64,000 nucleotides of DNA, from positions 13,885 through 77,884 of the forward strand of contig CAVPBK010000015.1 in assembly GCA_963701855.1 (NCBI GenBank), read 5' to 3'. Below the pieces are notes generated by a model that ran no database searches, was not told the origin of the DNA, and was given only the letters and a program-made list of their open reading frames with translations. The DNA is from Nitrospirota bacterium. Its GTDB lineage: Bacteria > Nitrospirota > Nitrospiria > Nitrospirales > Nitrospiraceae. Positions 60,330 to 64,000 of the stretch are shown piece by piece (the stretch's first letter is position 1; the number at the start of each line of letters is the position of its first letter). A program made the translations under genes and the position numbers.

Positions 60330-61577
60330 TTAGTTGGAGTTCTCCGATGAAGTAACGAAGGCTTTCCGGTAGCCGGTCACTTTTTCCAAGTAGTGGCGGG
60401 TCTCTTCATAGGGCAGATGTTGGTGCAATTGGTCGTAGACGCCGGCCGGTTGGAGGCTATTGATTTGGTTGACGGCAGTGGTGCGGTCACGCGAAAAGGT
60501 GCGGAAGACGTTGCTCGGGCCGGTATTGTAGGCGGCAATCACACAGTACTCGCGCGACACATTGTGATCCACGGCCTCCAGCTGATTAAACATCAACACG
60601 TTCAAATAGGCAGTTCCCAACTCGACGTTGTTGGCTGGATCGAATAGGTAATCTCGTGAAGGGGCCACGTCCTGGCCTTTGGCCTTTCGGTAGGCTTCAC
60701 GGCCCCCGCTGGTGGGAACCAGTTGCATGAGCCCATAGGCGGGGGCCGAGCTGACGGCATAGGGGTTGAAGTTGCTCTCTGTGCGGATGACGGCGAAGAC
60801 CAGGCTGGGGCTGATGCGATATTCTTCTGCAAACTGCTGAACTAGCGGACGGTATTTATCCGCCTGCTTCATCGGGAGATTGGATACCATCGGGATCTTG
60901 ACGTAGTGAGCCGTCTTCTTGTTCCCATCCTGGTTGACCACGCGAGTGGAAGATTTTTCCTCGAGGAGATAGGCGGCAAACGGCTCGGCGTCCTCCGGTG
61001 TGCGCATTGGTTTATTCTGCTGATTGAGAACGAGACCAAAGAGGTAGGGGGCCTTGTCGCCGGTGAGGACTATTTCTTTGTCGGAAAATAAATCGACCGA
61101 TCGGGGATCTTGAGGGGTCAGGATCGTCGTGATCACGGCATTCTTGAGACTGCGTTGGGGGTCTTGATCGTCGAGGGTCTCAACCAGGATCTCGCCTGCA
61201 TCAAAGTCGACGATCGCCCGGCTCTTGTAGTTCTGCGTGTATTTCACATACTTCTTGCGTTCGGGCAGTTGGATTTCCTTCTTCCCCCAGGTCTTTCCGA
61301 CATTCACCCCAAGGACGGCGAGGATGGTCTCAAAGTCTTTCTTTGCCTCGCGAAGATCTCTGAACAGCGCTTCAGGGTCGCGCGTGTATTGGTCGAGACG
61401 CTTCTTGGCGATCTGTGCCGGATCTTTCCCTGATGCAAGATCGATGATGGCCTTGCCAGTCTGGCCCTTGGTGACTCGTTTAGCCGCTGTGAGGACTCGA
61501 TCAGTCGTCTCACAGCCGGATGTGAGCAAGGCGAAGGTAAGGATCAAAAGCGTATAGAGCGAGATCGATGGGCGCAT
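60330..61577 (-). CDS. mltC: Membrane-bound lytic murein transglycosylase C-like lipoprotein
   Basis: Lipobox TSGC; YVKYTQNYKSR; IRTESNFNPYAVS, AYGLMQLVP, AYNTG; start placed at ATG 61577. Confidence 0.85.
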   Translation of the reverse strand: MRPSISLYTLLILTFALLTSGCETTDRVLTAAKRVTKGQTGKAIIDLASGKDPAQIAKKRLDQYTRDPEALFRDLREAKKDFETILAVLGVNVGKTWGKKEIQLPERKKYVKYTQNYKSRAIVDFDAGEILVETLDDQDPQRSLKNAVITTILTPQDPRSVDLFSDKEIVLTGDKAPYLFGLVLNQQNKPMRTPEDAEPFAAYLLEEKSSTRVVNQDGNKKTAHYVKIPMVSNLPMKQADKYRPLVQQFAEEYRISPSLVFAVIRTESNFNPYAVSSAPAYGLMQLVPTSGGREAYRKAKGQDVAPSRDYLFDPANNVELGTAYLNVLMFNQLEAVDHNVSREYCVIAAYNTGPSNVFRTFSRDRTTAVNQINSLQPAGVYDQLHQHLPYEETRHYLEKVTGYRKAFVTSSENSN

Positions 61578-61769
61578 GGGTGCATTGTACAGATTTTGTA
61601 AGGGTCTACAAGGGCGCGTGGGGGGAGGGTTGGCCCGGTGAGTCCCCTGAGGGCAATGTAGAGAAAATCGGAAGCCCTCGCTCGGGTATATGGCATGTCC
61701 CTGGGAAATCGATTGCGCAGCAATCGGAAGGTAGGGCGGGTGAAAAATGCCTGCCAGCGGGTGGGCGAG

Positions 61770-61835
61770 TAAGAACGTTGCGCGCAGTGGGGGACTCTTC
61801 CAGGCCATCCAAGAATAACGTAAACGAGCAAGAGT
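61770..61835 (+). repeat. Divergent right arm and tail of the hairpin repeat family
   Basis: CGTTGCGCGCAGTGGGGGACTCTTCCAGGCCATCC...AACGAGCAAG. Confidence 0.55.
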
Positions 61836-61919
61836 CTGCTTTGCCCTCCTGTCCTCACCAGCTTTCAACGTGCTAAATTATGAACCTCGTGATCGTCTAT
61901 TTGTGGAAAGGAGAACATC

Positions 61920-62870
61920 ATGTCTGAGAGGAAAATCATTGCAGTGGTGGGAGCAACAGGCGCGCAGGGAGGCGGATTGGTTCACGCCATTCTCAACGAC
62001 AAGAATAGCGGTTTCAGTGTGCGCGCGATCACTCGAGATGGGCAATCTGACAAGGCGAAGGGGCTGGCGGCGCTGGGGGCCGAGGTCGTGGTGGCAAACT
62101 TGGACAGCCCTGAGAGTCTGAAGCAGGCCTTCGCGAGAGCCTATGGGGTGTTTTGTCTGACGAACTTTTGGGAGCACTTCTCGCCGGAGAAAGAATTGAC
62201 CCAGGCCAAAAGTCAGGCGCAGGCTGCCAAGGACACCGGAGTCCAGCATGTGATCTGGTCTACCCTGGAAGACACTCGCAAGTGGGTGCCGCTCAGCGAT
62301 AATCGCATGCCGACTTTGATGGGGAAGTATAAGGTGCCGCACTTCGATAGCAAGGGCGAGGCCGATGGCGAGTTCACGAAGATCGGGGTACCCACGACCT
62401 TCCTGCTCACGTCCTTCTACTGGGACAATCTGATTCACTTCGGCATGGGTCCGAAGAAAGGGCCGGATGGGACACTGGCGTTCACATTACCGACAGATGA
62501 CAAGAAGCTCCCTGGTATTGCAGCTGAAGACATTGGAAAGTGTGCGCTCGGCATTTTCAAGAAGGGCCGTGAGTATATCGGCAAGACTGTTGGCATTGCA
62601 GGCGAGCATCTGACCGCTACACAGATGGCTGCCGCGTTGACCAAGGCGCTGGGCCAAACAGTGCGCTACAATGCCGTGACGCCTGAGATGTATCGTGGTT
62701 TTGGATTCGTCGGCGCCGAGGATCTCGGCAACATGTTTCAGTTCAACCGCGATTTCGAAGCGGTCTTCTGCGGGGCGCGCAATCTCGACGTATCGCGCTC
62801 ATTGAATCCCGCATTACAGACATTCGAGCAGTGGCTTTCTCAGAACAAGCGCCGTATTCCGCTCAAATAA
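61920..62870 (+). CDS. NmrA/HSCARG family protein
   Basis: GATGAQGG, TNFWEH, VPHFDSKG. Confidence 0.92.
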   Translation: MSERKIIAVVGATGAQGGGLVHAILNDKNSGFSVRAITRDGQSDKAKGLAALGAEVVVANLDSPESLKQAFARAYGVFCLTNFWEHFSPEKELTQAKSQAQAAKDTGVQHVIWSTLEDTRKWVPLSDNRMPTLMGKYKVPHFDSKGEADGEFTKIGVPTTFLLTSFYWDNLIHFGMGPKKGPDGTLAFTLPTDDKKLPGIAAEDIGKCALGIFKKGREYIGKTVGIAGEHLTATQMAAALTKALGQTVRYNAVTPEMYRGFGFVGAEDLGNMFQFNRDFEAVFCGARNLDVSRSLNPALQTFEQWLSQNKRRIPLK

Positions 62871-63105
62871 TGCCTCCCAGTATTTGATGATACCCTGTCC
62901 GATCCGCGACAACGGGCGATCCCTTCTTGCTCTGGATTACGTATATAATTAGGCTTTCGCTCTCCCTGAGGTTATATTTAGATCGAGGTGAAAAATTCAA
63001 GTTCTTCCATCATTCGGTGCTCCAGCAGGCAGTTGAAGCAGCCCGCCAGCGGATCAGACCGTGCCGTGTGACGCGCGAGAAGGGTGACCACAAGGAGACG
63101 TTTCT

Positions 63106-63720
63106 ATGAGCATTCTAATCGTCAACGATTCCGAAGAGCAGCGTGAATTGCTCGCGCTGATTCTCAAGACAGCCGGGTATCGCTCGTTGCTGTTTATGGA
63201 GTCGGCCGAAGAGGCATTGAAACGTTTAGGCATCGGCGCCGAACCCCATCCATCCGAACGAATTGAAGTCGTGCTGATGGATTTCCTGATGCCTGGTATG
63301 GATGGGCTGGAGGCCTGTCGTCGGATCCGGTCAGAGGAACGACTCAAGCATCTTCCGGTGATCGTCGTGACGGCAAAAACAGAGCCGCCCGATCTCATGG
63401 ATGCCTATACAGCCGGTGCGACGGATTATATTCGCAAACCGGTGGTTCCCATGGAACTTGTGGCGCGTGTCTCGATGGCGATGACGATAAAGGAGGAATA
63501 CGATAACCGGGAAGAGCGCGAGCGAGAGCTTGATTCTAAGACCAAAGAATTGACTCGGGCGGTGGACGAACTGAAAACCCTTCGAGGTACACTCTGCCTC
63601 TGTATCAAATGTAAGCGAGTCCGGACGACTAGCGGCGTCTGGCAACGGATCGAAGATTATCTGGAAGAAAAGTTCAGTGCCAAGATTACGTCAGGGGTTT
63701 GCAATCGCTGTGAGAAATGA
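63106..63720 (+). CDS. Response regulator with a coiled coil and C-terminal zinc-binding tail
   Basis: LMDFLMPGMDG, DYIRKP, CIKCK...CNRC. Confidence 0.88.
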   Translation: MSILIVNDSEEQRELLALILKTAGYRSLLFMESAEEALKRLGIGAEPHPSERIEVVLMDFLMPGMDGLEACRRIRSEERLKHLPVIVVTAKTEPPDLMDAYTAGATDYIRKPVVPMELVARVSMAMTIKEEYDNREERERELDSKTKELTRAVDELKTLRGTLCLCIKCKRVRTTSGVWQRIEDYLEEKFSAKITSGVCNRCEK

Positions 63721-63799
63721 GGTGTCTCTCTCGACATCCGTGAATCGCGAGAATTGGCTGGCGCTTTGATTCATCTAGAGCAGTTTTGATTTAAGTGTA

Positions 63800-64000
63800 T
63801 ACATTCTGTAGGATACCCTCCATTGTGTTCTTGATGGAGGTAACAGGATGGATGCCTATTCGCAGGATCTACGGGACCGGGTGTTGCGAGCACTGGAGCG
63901 TGGGGATCGTCCGACGGCCATTGCAGAGCGATTTGAAGTCAGCCGGGTCTGGGTGTATCAGGTGCGGAACCGACTCACGCAGACGGGACAGCGTGGCAGT
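63800..64000 (+). mobile_element. IS630-family element, left part; transposase starts at 63848 and runs off the window
   Basis: MDAYSQDLRDRVLRALERGDRPTAIAERFEVSRVWVY is the typical IS630 HTH start; left boundary approximate. Confidence 0.8.

Noticed and set aside
61578..61868. 97-aa N-terminal extension of MltC in the ORF track
   Set aside because: It spans repeat-derived DNA; the lipoprotein signal starts at ATG 61577.

Overview
A 64-kb accessory-rich chromosomal window from a comammox-type Nitrospira. This is inferred from two stand-alone amoC genes with comammox-style sequence (...[10 protein letters not shown]...[14 protein letters not shown]...EQDASWHQ...NEWGHAFW...), neither accompanied by amoA/amoB here. 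Other content: a di-heme oxidoreductase/vanadium haloperoxidase pair; an AT-rich ABC-ATPase + TOPRIM-like two-gene island (candidate defence system); a CzcCBA-type efflux operon; a CHASE3-PAS kinase/NarL pair; a CobW + cobalt-type nitrile hydratase (beta, alpha, accessory) cluster near a carbon-nitrogen hydrolase; a complete but stop-interrupted IS5-family element with a CTAG duplication; related MITEs; IS110 and IS630 fragments; and many frameshifted or decayed genes. The most unusual non-coding signal is a family of imperfect hairpins, all on the + strand, with covarying outer stems, fixed bulges and a conserved 3' tail. These are nested inside each other (up to three deep at 9002-9402) and often sit directly on gene 3' ends. 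The second amoC has a sigma54 motif and a long leader containing a 22-codon uORF. No rRNA, tRNA or CRISPR array was recognised. All calls come from reading the sequence; no database searches were run.
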